Shown here: positions 29,809 through 38,942 of the stretch, piece after piece
Layout of the letters: each line of letters opens with the position of its first letter
Numbering within the stretch: the stretch's first letter is position 1
Assembly (NCBI GenBank): GCA_944325155.1
Contig: CALUYY010000003.1
Span: forward strand, 90,257 to 154,256
Length of the DNA: 64,000 nucleotides
Direction of reading: 5' to 3'
Origin: Candidatus Gastranaerophilales bacterium
Lineage (GTDB): Bacteria > Cyanobacteriota > Vampirovibrionia > Gastranaerophilales > Gastranaerophilaceae
Translations under genes and position numbers: made by a program
Notes under the pieces: generated by a model
Told to the model about the DNA's origin: nothing
Seen by the model: only the letters and a program-made list of their open reading frames with translations
Database searches by the model: none

Positions 29809-31083
29809 CTAATCGGGCAAAGTTCCATGAACAAGCGCAACATCGCTTCCGTCAAGCTCAAACGCTTTACATAAAGCTTCCGTTGCCTGTTTGGCATGCA
29901 TTTTTTCAACAAGGCAGCTGATTTTAATTTCCGATGTTGAAATCATTTTAATGTTAATGCCTTCTTTAGCCAGTGTTTCAAACATCATGGCCGCAATGCC
30001 GGGACGGTCAATCATGCCTGCGCCCACGATTGAAATTTTAGCAATATCTTCATCAATATGAATATTTGAAGGATTCATAATGGATACAATTTCATCTTTA
30101 AGAGCAACAAATTTTGAAAGGTCGTCTTTGTCAATTGTAAAGGCTATATCGTTTGTGTTATTTGAACTTCTTGCATAAGATTGAATAATCATATCAACCG
30201 ATAATTCATATTTTGCAAGAAGATTGAAAAGTTTCCCCGCATTTCCCGGTCTGTCCGGTATATCACAGATAACCACTCTTACTTGTGATTTGTCGCATGC
30301 AAGCCCTGTTACGGGTTTATATATTTCCATTTTTTCGACTCCTATAATTAAAGTTCCTAAATCATCAAGCTTAAACGAGCTTCTTAATCTCATCGGCACC
30401 TGAAATTGTTTTGCCGTTTCAACCGATCTGGGGTGCAAAACGTTTGCGCCGACTCTTGCAAGTTCAAGCATTTCTTCATATGAAATTTCTTTTAATTTTT
30501 TTGCCGTGGGAACAACTCTGGGGTCTGTCGTATAGATTCCTTCAACATCGGAATATATGTCGCACCTTTCTATTCCTAAATTTTCAACCTGTAATTTAGC
30601 GGCAATCGCAACGGCGGACGTATCCGAACCGCCCCTTCCCAAAGTTGTAATTTCTCCGGATTTTGTAATTCCCTGAAATCCTGCAACAATAACAATTTCA
30701 TCGTTTTTCAAATGCTGCATTAATTTATCGGTTTTAATATCTATTATTCTTGCTTTTGAGTGCGTATCTTCGGTATAAATCCCGACCTGGGCGCCGGTCA
30801 TTGAAATTGCTTTATAACCAAGTTCATGGATTGCAATTGCAAGCAGAGAAATTGAAATTTGTTCGCCCGTTGACATAAGCATATCCATTTCCCTGTCTGA
30901 GGGGTTGGATGAAATTTCATGGGCAAGCTTAATTAAATTATCGGTTGTATGCCCCATAGCAGACACAACAACAATAACGTCGTTTCCAAGCTTCTTTTCT
31001 CTGACGACAGCTTTTGCGACGTTTTTTATTTTATCCGAATCGGCAAGCGATGTTCCGCCGAATTTTTGTACAATAATAGCCAT
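29809..31083 (-). CDS. lysC: aspartate kinase with C-terminal ACT domains
   Basis: 424 aa. IVQKFGGTSL start, VVVVSAMGHTTD, GRGGSDTSAVAIAA, and two ACT repeats at the C-terminus. Confidence 0.93.
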   Translation of the reverse strand: MAIIVQKFGGTSLADSDKIKNVAKAVVREKKLGNDVIVVVSAMGHTTDNLIKLAHEISSNPSDREMDMLMSTGEQISISLLAIAIHELGYKAISMTGAQVGIYTEDTHSKARIIDIKTDKLMQHLKNDEIVIVAGFQGITKSGEITTLGRGGSDTSAVAIAAKLQVENLGIERCDIYSDVEGIYTTDPRVVPTAKKLKEISYEEMLELARVGANVLHPRSVETAKQFQVPMRLRSSFKLDDLGTLIIGVEKMEIYKPVTGLACDKSQVRVVICDIPDRPGNAGKLFNLLAKYELSVDMIIQSYARSSNNTNDIAFTIDKDDLSKFVALKDEIVSIMNPSNIHIDEDIAKISIVGAGMIDRPGIAAMMFETLAKEGINIKMISTSEIKISCLVEKMHAKQATEALCKAFELDGSDVALVHGTLPD

Positions 31084-31089
31084 TTCTTT

Positions 31090-32814
31090 TTAATTTTCCT
31101 TCAGTTTTGTTAATTCTTCTTTTGTTTTAATTATGCGTTTGTTCTCTTCTTCATTATCCTTGTATAGTGCAACTATTTTATCACAAAGTTCAACCGTATC
31201 ATCAATTAATTCTCTTTTATTTTCCTTAATTATTAAGGTTTTATTGTATAAAACTCTTAAATATCCGATATCAGGGCTTTTTAGACCGTCATTTGAATTT
31301 TGTTTTTCTTCATATTTTTTCAAAATTTCATCCGCTTCATCATATTTTGATAACCTTATAAGACATTCCGCTTTTGCAAATTCCGCAGGTTCATATTCGG
31401 GATTGATTTCAAGAGCTCTGTTTATTTTCTCCAGTGCTTCAAAATATTCTCCGTTATTCAATAATAAAACGCCGAACACAAGAAGCACTTTAATATTGTC
31501 TTTATCTTTTGAATATGCGCCCCTTATTCTTCTTATGGCGTTTTGAATATCGCCCGCTTTTAAATATGCATTTGCAAGGCTTATTTTGGCATCAATGTTA
31601 TCGGGATTGTACTCAACCGCTTTTTTCCAATATTCAAGCGCATTTTCATAATCTTTTGCTTCCTGATATGTAGAAGCTATATTAAGATATATATGCCCGG
31701 CTTTTGTATTTGTATTTATTGCCGTTTTAAAATATTCAATTGCTTTCGGGTAATCTTTTTTTCTTGCATAATACTGCCCGAGATTATAAAGCGCCACGGT
31801 ATGATCGGGGTTTAATTCAACGGTTTTTTCCAAAAATTCTTTTGCTTTATCTTCCTCGCCCTTTTTTAAATGGGAAATTGATATTGCATAACAGCAAAGC
31901 GGGTTTTTATTATCCAGTTCAAATGATTTATATAATTTATCAAACGATTCGTCCCACTTTTGAAAATATTGAAGAGAAATTCCCCATGAATAATAAAACT
32001 GGGCATTCGGTTCAATTTCATTTAAGGCTTTCGGGTACGTTTCAAGACATTCTTTTTCATTTTTTAACTGCAGCCTTGATTCTGCAAGCGCAATATAACA
32101 TTCAATTCTTTTAGGGTTAATTGCAAGAGATTTTTTTGCATACTTAATTGAATTTTTAAAATCTTTGCTTAGATAGCTGATAGATGCCATATGATAATAT
32201 GCATCCGAATGAAAAGGCTGAAGAGAAACGGTTTTCTTGAGTTTTTGCATCGCTTCGCCGAATTCGCCGTTTTGCGAACATAAAACACCCCATAAAAACC
32301 ATCCCTGAACATTTGAAGGGTTTAAGAAACAAGCGGTTCTGAAATCCGTGTTTGCTTCGTTCATCTTGCCCGTTTTTGCATAGAAAATGGCTCTGTTTAT
32401 ATATGTTTGAGAATTTCTCGGATTAATTTTAACGGATTTTGAAAAAGCTTTTTTTGCTTCATCGTATTTTTTCGTCTCCGAATATAAAGACCCCAGAACC
32501 TGATAAGCTTTTGAATTTTCATTGTCCATTCTTATTGCTTTTTTTAAATATTCAATCGCTTTATCATATTTTTCTTCCTTTGCAAGAACAATTGCAAGGT
32601 TTACATAGGATTCCGAATTCGCATAGGGCATTTCAATGCTTTTTTCAAGCATATCCATTGCTTTTTTATCTTCGCCTACATCCAAAAGCTTAATTCCCCA
32701 GTTCATATAAGCATATGAAGGCATTGAAACTTCTTTTGCGCTTTCTTTATAAACATTTACGAAGTCATCCAGCTTATTTATTTTAACGAAAAGTTTTTTA
32801 AAAAAATCAAGCAT
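31090..32814 (-). CDS. TPR-repeat protein (574 aa)
   Basis: Many 34-residue repeats with the A-x3-Y/F-x2-A-x6-P pattern (for example YDEAKKAFSKSVKINPRNS). Confidence 0.8.
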   Translation of the reverse strand: MLDFFKKLFVKINKLDDFVNVYKESAKEVSMPSYAYMNWGIKLLDVGEDKKAMDMLEKSIEMPYANSESYVNLAIVLAKEEKYDKAIEYLKKAIRMDNENSKAYQVLGSLYSETKKYDEAKKAFSKSVKINPRNSQTYINRAIFYAKTGKMNEANTDFRTACFLNPSNVQGWFLWGVLCSQNGEFGEAMQKLKKTVSLQPFHSDAYYHMASISYLSKDFKNSIKYAKKSLAINPKRIECYIALAESRLQLKNEKECLETYPKALNEIEPNAQFYYSWGISLQYFQKWDESFDKLYKSFELDNKNPLCCYAISISHLKKGEEDKAKEFLEKTVELNPDHTVALYNLGQYYARKKDYPKAIEYFKTAINTNTKAGHIYLNIASTYQEAKDYENALEYWKKAVEYNPDNIDAKISLANAYLKAGDIQNAIRRIRGAYSKDKDNIKVLLVFGVLLLNNGEYFEALEKINRALEINPEYEPAEFAKAECLIRLSKYDEADEILKKYEEKQNSNDGLKSPDIGYLRVLYNKTLIIKENKRELIDDTVELCDKIVALYKDNEEENKRIIKTKEELTKLKEN

Positions 32815-32826
32815 AAAAGTATAATA

Positions 32827-33306
32827 CTATTGATTGATTAAACTATCAACCATTTCACGAAATGCGCCTTCGCCGCCTTTTGAATTTGTTATTTGCATAT
32901 TATCAATTAATTTAATAAGAGGATTTGCGCTTTTGGGGCAAACTTTATATTCAACGATATCAAACGCCGGAATATCGTTTATGTCATCACCCATATATAA
33001 AACTTCATTTTTTTTCAAATTATACTTGTCTAAAATTTCCTGAACTTTAATTCCTTTTTTTCTTATTTCGCCGTGGATTTCTTCTATTCCGAATTTTTCT
33101 TTAAAATAATTTAAAATATTGGTATTTTCTCCGGATACTATTGCAAATTTAATATTATTTTTAATTAAAATCGAAACCCCCATAATGTCTGAAAAATTCA
33201 TCTTTTTTTGCTGGTTCAGTTTTTCATCAAAATAAACCGACCCGTCGGTGAAAACCCCGTCAAAATCACTTATTACCATTTTTATATTTTTGGAAAGTTT
33301 TAACAT
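32827..33306 (-). CDS. kdsC: 3-deoxy-D-manno-octulosonate 8-phosphate phosphatase (HAD-IIIA, YrbI family)
   Basis: Start taken at MLKLSKNIKMVISDFDGVFTDG (ATG 33306, one nt after the upstream stop). HAD motifs DFDGV and GDDINDIP. Confidence 0.8.
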   Translation of the reverse strand: MLKLSKNIKMVISDFDGVFTDGSVYFDEKLNQQKKMNFSDIMGVSILIKNNIKFAIVSGENTNILNYFKEKFGIEEIHGEIRKKGIKVQEILDKYNLKKNEVLYMGDDINDIPAFDIVEYKVCPKSANPLIKLIDNMQITNSKGGEGAFREMVDSLINQ

Positions 33307-33307
33307 T

Positions 33308-33724
33308 TTATCTGAAAGCTTTCTTCGTAACATCCGTAATAAAAGGAATATAAGGAAGTCTGCCGAAAAGCGCAATTGAGGATAAATATATCATCAGCAG
33401 CAATAAAATAAAATTCACGAAAGACATCGTATTAAAAACGGGCGTTTCAAAAAGAAAAATATGCCCCTTTAAAAATAAATTCCCGATGTAAGGAATTCTT
33501 ATAAAAAGCCCTATAAAAATATCGTACGCATACGTAAATATTGCATATAAAATCGAAAGTATAAAAGATTGAATTAAATTATATATAAGATATTTGCCGT
33601 TTGGTTTTTTTAAAACAACGGCATTTAACAAAAACCAGATCATTCCGATAAACCCGAGGGTTAAATATGAACCGACGGAAATTAATCTTTCAAATAAAGA
33701 AGGTTCACTATGCCGCATTTTCAA
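33308..33724 (-). CDS. Tic20/DUF4870-like small integral membrane protein
   Basis: 138 aa, 4 predicted TM helices. ERLISVGSYLTLG, YNLIQSFILSIL and C-terminal GRLPYIPFITDVTKKA resemble the Tic20-family pattern as I remember it. Confidence 0.45.
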   Translation of the reverse strand: MKMRHSEPSLFERLISVGSYLTLGFIGMIWFLLNAVVLKKPNGKYLIYNLIQSFILSILYAIFTYAYDIFIGLFIRIPYIGNLFLKGHIFLFETPVFNTMSFVNFILLLLMIYLSSIALFGRLPYIPFITDVTKKAFR

Positions 33725-34763
33725 TTTTTCCTTCTATATATTCGTTTAGAATATCGATATAGATAAGCATAATTTCCGCATTGTCGGGAGATGATTTGAT
33801 TGCATATCTGTAATATTCAATTGCATGAGCCATATCCGAATTGAGCATATAAGCGTTTGCGATAAAAACATATACCATTGTTTTATTTTCTGCCAGTTCA
33901 AGACTTTTTTTATAAACATCTATTGCTTCAATATACCTTTTTTCGTTTAACAATAAATGCGCCAGAAGCATATAAGCATTCGGCTTTTTAGGGTCAAGCT
34001 CAATTGCGTTTTTGTAATATTTAATTGCCGATTCAAAATCTTTTTCATCCGAACAGCAAATCGCCCAGCATACCCACGCCGAATAATAATTCGGCTGAAT
34101 TTCAACCGCTTTTTTAAAGTATTGGTGCGCAAGATCGTTTTTCTTAACCTGAACGTATAAATTTGCAAGCGCCAATGCCACCTGTTCATTATCGGGTCTT
34201 TGATAGAGCGATTTTTTAAAGCAGTCTTCGGCCGTTTTAAAGTCGCCCGTTCTTTGGCACAATGTCCCGTAATTTGCAAGACATTCGGCATTATCGGGCT
34301 CAAATTTAAGCGCTTTTAAAAAGTATTCTTTTGAATCCGGATATTTGCCGTTATCGGAATATAAAATACCCATTGCATTAAATATTGAAGCGTTGTTCAT
34401 TCCTAAAGACACCGCTTCTTTATATTCTTTAAGAGAATCTTCAAACATGTTTAATTCGGCATAAACATTTCCGAGATTATAATGCGCAAGGCTGTTATCC
34501 GGTTCAAACTCGATTACTCTTATGTATAATTTCATCGCTTCTTTATACTGTTTTGCATAAAACTTTATGCTGCCGGAGTTTAAAAGAGCATGAATATCAT
34601 TTTCATTATGTTTTAAAATTTCCTGATAAACTTTATATGCGCTGTTAAAATCCTGCTCATCAATATAAATATCGGCTAATGCCCTGTAATTATCCAAATT
34701 ATCAGGCTCCTGTTTAATTTTTTTGGCAATTTCAAGCGCCTGCTGTCTTTTTTCTTCTCTCAT
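33708..34763 (-). CDS. TPR-repeat protein (351 aa)
   Basis: Consecutive TPR units (YKEAMKLYIRVIEFEPDNSLAHYNLGNVY and others). Confidence 0.8.
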   Translation of the reverse strand: MREEKRQQALEIAKKIKQEPDNLDNYRALADIYIDEQDFNSAYKVYQEILKHNENDIHALLNSGSIKFYAKQYKEAMKLYIRVIEFEPDNSLAHYNLGNVYAELNMFEDSLKEYKEAVSLGMNNASIFNAMGILYSDNGKYPDSKEYFLKALKFEPDNAECLANYGTLCQRTGDFKTAEDCFKKSLYQRPDNEQVALALANLYVQVKKNDLAHQYFKKAVEIQPNYYSAWVCWAICCSDEKDFESAIKYYKNAIELDPKKPNAYMLLAHLLLNEKRYIEAIDVYKKSLELAENKTMVYVFIANAYMLNSDMAHAIEYYRYAIKSSPDNAEIMLIYIDILNEYIEGKIENAA

Positions 34764-34848
34764 TTTATATTCCCAAATATTTAAAGCAAAAATAATTATA
34801 CCAAATTATTGCACTTTAAGACAAATGTTTCATGAATTATTCTTGTAA

Positions 34849-34854
34849 TATAAT
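34849..34854 (+). promoter_or_regulatory. -10 box TATAAT 6 nt upstream of the ATG of the gshB-like gene (leaderless-mRNA candidate)
   Basis: TATAAT at 34849..34854, then tgatgt, then ATG at 34861. No Shine-Dalgarno and no convincing -35. Confidence 0.35.
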
Positions 34855-34860
34855 TGATGT

Positions 34861-35850
34861 ATGAAAAATATATTATTCATAATCGATGAAATTGAATATA
34901 AATATTTTGAATTTAACGTTCTTGTTACCGATTTCTGGTTAATTAAAACATACCTTTCAAAGGGTTTCGGCGTTGATATAACAACAAAAAAAGATTTATA
35001 CATTAAAGATAATCTTCCTTTTTGTTTTGCATATAAAACCCAAATCATTGATTTTGACATTAAAAAATCCGAAAACGATAAAAGAATTTGTCTGAATGAT
35101 TATGATGTTGTTTTTATGCGCTCGGATCCGCCCGTTGATATTGATTTTATCAACGCAACTTATGTTCTTGATTTAATTGATAATTCAAAGACAATATGTT
35201 TAAATTCACCGAATGCGCTGAGAAACATTAACGAAAAACTGTATATAAATAAATTCCCTTCTCTTGCGCCGAAAAATACGGTAACGTCAAATTCAAATTT
35301 AATAAAAGAATTTTTATTTGAAAATGATGAAATTATAATTAAACCGTTAAATAAATGTTTTTCTTCGGGCGTTTTCTATTTAAATAAAGAAGACAAAAAC
35401 ATAAATGCAATAATTCAAACCGCAACCGACAACAACAAAACAAAAGTTATGGTTCAAAAATTCTTAAAAGGAATATCAAAAGGCGATAAAAGACTCATTT
35501 ATATTAACGGCGAAATTCTTGATTATGCGGTAAGCAAAGTTGCAACAAACAACGATTTTAAATTTGTCGAACATAAAAAAGAAAATTTAATTTTAGGCAC
35601 TCCCGATGAAAAACAAAAAGAAATGGGAAAAATTTTAAAAGATACTCTTGATAAAGACGGAATTTACATAGCGGGCTTAGATGTCATTGACGATAAAATT
35701 ATTGAAATAAATATAACAAGCCCATGCTTTTTTATTAATGAAATTAATTCAATTTATAATATTAATTTTGAAGAAATACTTTTTGATAAGCTGGAAAATT
35801 TAATTTTGGAGGTAAAAAATAACGTCAAAAATAATCTTTTGAGGGTTTAA
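34861..35850 (+). CDS. glutathione-synthetase-like ATP-grasp protein (GshB family, divergent loops)
   Basis: Colinear with E. coli GshB as I remember it: MRSDPPVDIDFINATYVLD, NSPNALRNINEKLY, IIKPLN, KGDKRLIYINGE, GLDVIDDKIIEINITSP. Confidence 0.7.
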   Translation: MKNILFIIDEIEYKYFEFNVLVTDFWLIKTYLSKGFGVDITTKKDLYIKDNLPFCFAYKTQIIDFDIKKSENDKRICLNDYDVVFMRSDPPVDIDFINATYVLDLIDNSKTICLNSPNALRNINEKLYINKFPSLAPKNTVTSNSNLIKEFLFENDEIIIKPLNKCFSSGVFYLNKEDKNINAIIQTATDNNKTKVMVQKFLKGISKGDKRLIYINGEILDYAVSKVATNNDFKFVEHKKENLILGTPDEKQKEMGKILKDTLDKDGIYIAGLDVIDDKIIEINITSPCFFINEINSIYNINFEEILFDKLENLILEVKNNVKNNLLRV

Positions 35851-35904
35851 AAAAATTTTTAATAACACGCAAAAAAATTTTTTGACATGTTTTGTATAAA
35901 TGCC

Positions 35905-37794
35905 ATGAGAGTTACAAGAGAAATTTTAAATAACAAAAATAATTTATCGATGTATGGGGAGCATACCAAGCATCGACACAGACAAACAGGGCTTATAACA
36001 CAGAATTATAGCAGCCAAAACGAATTAAATAATAATCAAATCAGACCCGCAGAGCGAGCAAGCTTGAGCGGGTCTGAACATTTAAACGGAAATATATCAT
36101 TTACGGGCGACCCCAAAATGGTTACAAACATCGCAAAAACTGCACTGTCCAAAGCGGGAGTCGGCGAGCTTCCGGGATGGGCGGATAAAATGGGCGGAGC
36201 CAAATGGTTTAGCAGCGTTCTTAACAGCGTAAACAAAAACGAAACCTTCTATGAAGCGTTTGTTGCGCTTGTTGTTGCGGGCATGTTAAAACCGATATGC
36301 GTTGTTGCAATGCCCGGAGCCAAAATGGAAGATAAACAAATGTCCGCAACCAAAAATGCGGCATCCGCCATTGTAGGCTTCGGCTTATCAAACCTTATTT
36401 TAAGCCCGTGTTCAAATGCGGTTAATAAAATTAATAAAAGCATAAATTCAACAGACGCAAAAGAAATTACAAAATATATTAAAGATAAACACTATATCGA
36501 CCAAATCAAAAGCGAAGAGCTTCTCAGCGGTATGAAAAGCACAATCGGAGATTCTTTCAAAACAACATTTAAAAAAGCTCCCGATATGATTGTTACCCCG
36601 CTTAAAGCAAGTATTGCAATTGCGCTTACTCCTTATTTATTGGATTTTATCTTCGGAAAGCGCAAAAAAGAAAAGGCCGAAAAAGAAAAACTTGAAAGAC
36701 AAAATAAACCAAACGCCTTTAACCCCGATATGACAATTATGAACACCCTGAGGATTAAAAAACCTTCAAATGTTCAAAATACAAATTTTGAAGGAAAAAA
36801 TAAAAATAATTCAATTTCATTTACGGGTGCAAAAGAAAATTTAGACAATAATTCAATTAACAATTCTCCCTCGTTTACGGGTATATTTAAACCTTTGGGA
36901 GTTGCAAAAGAAGCATACTGCAATGCTCTTGCCGAACCTATCGCAAAAGCAATGGGCTATATTGCGGGAACAAAACCCGCACAATGGCTGGTTAAAACTT
37001 TCGCAAGATTTGAAAAACCTTCGGCAAGATGGTCTGATATGGCATCTTTTGCAATTACGTATTTTTATATAAATAACACCAAAAAATCGGATAAAATCCC
37101 CGAGGAAAGAAAACTCCCCTTAATGATAAATAACTTTATGGTAACGGTTGCATCCTCAACCGCCGCATTTTTAATCGACAAATATACGGATAAGCCGATG
37201 GAAAATCTTTTAAAATCTTACCTGAAAAATAATGAACAAAGTGTATATGAAAAATCAAACAAAGGCATTATTAATGCGCTGACAGCAGCAGTAGAAGGCG
37301 GACAGGAGCTTGATAAAGACGCTCTTTTAAGACATGCGGACAAATTAATTGATGAAGACAATATGTCAGACGCCTTTAGAAATGCGGTTGAAGAATTAAA
37401 AAATAATAAAACGGTGCAAAAAGCAATAACAAACGGAAAAATAGCTCCCGATGAAATTGCAAAAATGGCGGCATCAGGCTTTGAAAGCCAGGCTTCAAAA
37501 ATCTATAAAGTTATATCAAAAACAAAATCTCTGACCGTATTTACTTTAACGGTAAGATTTCTGGTTACGGTATTAATGGTTCCCGTTGTCGGTAAAATAG
37601 TTGAAATCGTAAATAAAAAGCTGGGCAAAGACAATGATGATGACGATAAAAAATTAAAAGCTTCAAAAAATAACGATAAATTTGATGACGATGACGATGA
37701 CGATGATGACGATGATAATAAAAATATAATTATTCCCCCCGTCGGAAGCGAAACAATCGGCATGTATGATTTTATGCATTCGTTAAACAAATAG
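35905..37794 (+). CDS. large multi-pass membrane ORFan with three N-x-S-F-T-G repeats and a poly-Asp tail
   Basis: ORF is open from 35887. ATG 35905 (MRVTREILNN) is preferred because the ORFan at 55724 also starts MRVT..LNN. At least 5 hydrophobic helices and a C-terminal run of 11 Asp. No family recognised. Confidence 0.6.
   Translation: MRVTREILNNKNNLSMYGEHTKHRHRQTGLITQNYSSQNELNNNQIRPAERASLSGSEHLNGNISFTGDPKMVTNIAKTALSKAGVGELPGWADKMGGAKWFSSVLNSVNKNETFYEAFVALVVAGMLKPICVVAMPGAKMEDKQMSATKNAASAIVGFGLSNLILSPCSNAVNKINKSINSTDAKEITKYIKDKHYIDQIKSEELLSGMKSTIGDSFKTTFKKAPDMIVTPLKASIAIALTPYLLDFIFGKRKKEKAEKEKLERQNKPNAFNPDMTIMNTLRIKKPSNVQNTNFEGKNKNNSISFTGAKENLDNNSINNSPSFTGIFKPLGVAKEAYCNALAEPIAKAMGYIAGTKPAQWLVKTFARFEKPSARWSDMASFAITYFYINNTKKSDKIPEERKLPLMINNFMVTVASSTAAFLIDKYTDKPMENLLKSYLKNNEQSVYEKSNKGIINALTAAVEGGQELDKDALLRHADKLIDEDNMSDAFRNAVEELKNNKTVQKAITNGKIAPDEIAKMAASGFESQASKIYKVISKTKSLTVFTLTVRFLVTVLMVPVVGKIVEIVNKKLGKDNDDDDKKLKASKNNDKFDDDDDDDDDDDNKNIIIPPVGSETIGMYDFMHSLNK
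37684..37716 (+). repeat. (GAY)11 trinucleotide tract encoding 11 consecutive Asp
   Basis: gat gac gat gac gat gac gat gat gac gat gat, read directly in frame of the 35905 ORF. Confidence 0.9.
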
Positions 37795-37842
37795 TCTTTT
37801 ATACTTTTTAATTTTCATGGTTTAATTAAATCAAGAATATTC

Positions 37843-37859
37843 AAAAAGGAAGGTAAAAA
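37843..37859 (+). repeat. 17-bp direct repeat copy 1 (AAAAAGGAAGGTAAAAA), overlaps the aroF RBS
   Basis: Identical 17-mer recurs at 38914..38930, immediately after the aroF stop. Confidence 0.85.
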
Positions 37860-37860
37860 G

Positions 37861-38895
37861 ATGATTGTTGTAATGGAACCGAATGCAACCGATGCGCAGA
37901 TTGATAAAGTCGTTAAATATTTGGAAAAACACGGTTTTAGAATTAATATGAACCATGGCGACATTTTAAAAGTAATTGCCGCCATCGGAGATAAAAGAAT
38001 TTTAAGCCCGCAGATTATTGCGGGGTTTGACGGCGTTAAATGCGTAAAACCGATACAAGAACCCTATAAACTTGCTTCAAGAACCGCACACCCCGAAGAT
38101 ACCGTTATTAAATTCCCGAACGGTGTTAAAATCGGCGGAAAAGAAAAACCCGTTTTAATGGTCGGACCCTGTTCGGTTGAAAAAGATATAAACAGTCTTC
38201 TTGAAATTGCAAAGGCCGCAAAAGAAATGGGGTGCGAATTTTTAAGAGGCGGTGCTTTTAAACCGAGAACTTCGCCCTATGATTTTCAAGGCTTGGAAGA
38301 AAGAGGGCTTGAATATCTTGCCGAAGCAAGAAAACAAACGGGGCTTCTTGTTGTAACGGAAGTTATGGATACAATGGATATACCGCTTGTAAATAAATAT
38401 GCTGACATTCTTCAGGTCGGCGCAAGAAATATGCAAAACTTCAAATTGTTAAAAGCGCTCGGACACATTAAAAAACCGGTTATGTTAAAAAGAGGTCCCG
38501 CCGCTTCAATTAAAGAATTTTTGCTTGCTGCGGAACACATTATGTATAACGGAAATCATAACGTAATACTCTGCGAAAGAGGAATTAAAGGCTATGACAG
38601 CGATTTTACAAGAAATACTCTTGATATTGCAGCCGTTCCCATTTTAAGAAAATTCTCTCATCTGCCGATAATTGTTGACCCTTCTCATGGCACGGGAAGA
38701 AGATATTTAATTGAACCTATGGGAAAAGCCGCTTTAATTGCAGGCGCACACGGTCTTATGTATGAAATTCATAACGACCCGGATAATGCGTCTTCTGACG
38801 GCGCACAAAGCCTTGATCTTAATATGTTCAGAGAAGTAACCAAAAAATTCAACAAATTAATCGGAAGAATTGATTACGATAATAAAAATTCATAA
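37861..38895 (+). CDS. aroF: 3-deoxy-7-phosphoheptulonate (DAHP) synthase, type I-beta with N-terminal ferredoxin-like regulatory domain
   Basis: 344 aa. MIVVMEPNATDAQIDKVVKYLEKHGF regulatory domain, then GPCSVE, RGGAFKPRTSPYDFQG, LKRG and VDPSHG catalytic motifs. Confidence 0.9.
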   Translation: MIVVMEPNATDAQIDKVVKYLEKHGFRINMNHGDILKVIAAIGDKRILSPQIIAGFDGVKCVKPIQEPYKLASRTAHPEDTVIKFPNGVKIGGKEKPVLMVGPCSVEKDINSLLEIAKAAKEMGCEFLRGGAFKPRTSPYDFQGLEERGLEYLAEARKQTGLLVVTEVMDTMDIPLVNKYADILQVGARNMQNFKLLKALGHIKKPVMLKRGPAASIKEFLLAAEHIMYNGNHNVILCERGIKGYDSDFTRNTLDIAAVPILRKFSHLPIIVDPSHGTGRRYLIEPMGKAALIAGAHGLMYEIHNDPDNASSDGAQSLDLNMFREVTKKFNKLIGRIDYDNKNS

Positions 38896-38912
38896 AAATT
38901 AAAATATATTTT

Positions 38913-38942
38913 AAAAAAGGAAGGTAAAAACCTTCCTTTTTA
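38913..38942. terminator. Bidirectional terminator between convergent aroF and lpxK
   Basis: AAAAAA-GGAAGG-TAAAAA-CCTTCC-TTTTT. The left arm is copy 2 of the 17-bp repeat. Confidence 0.7.
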
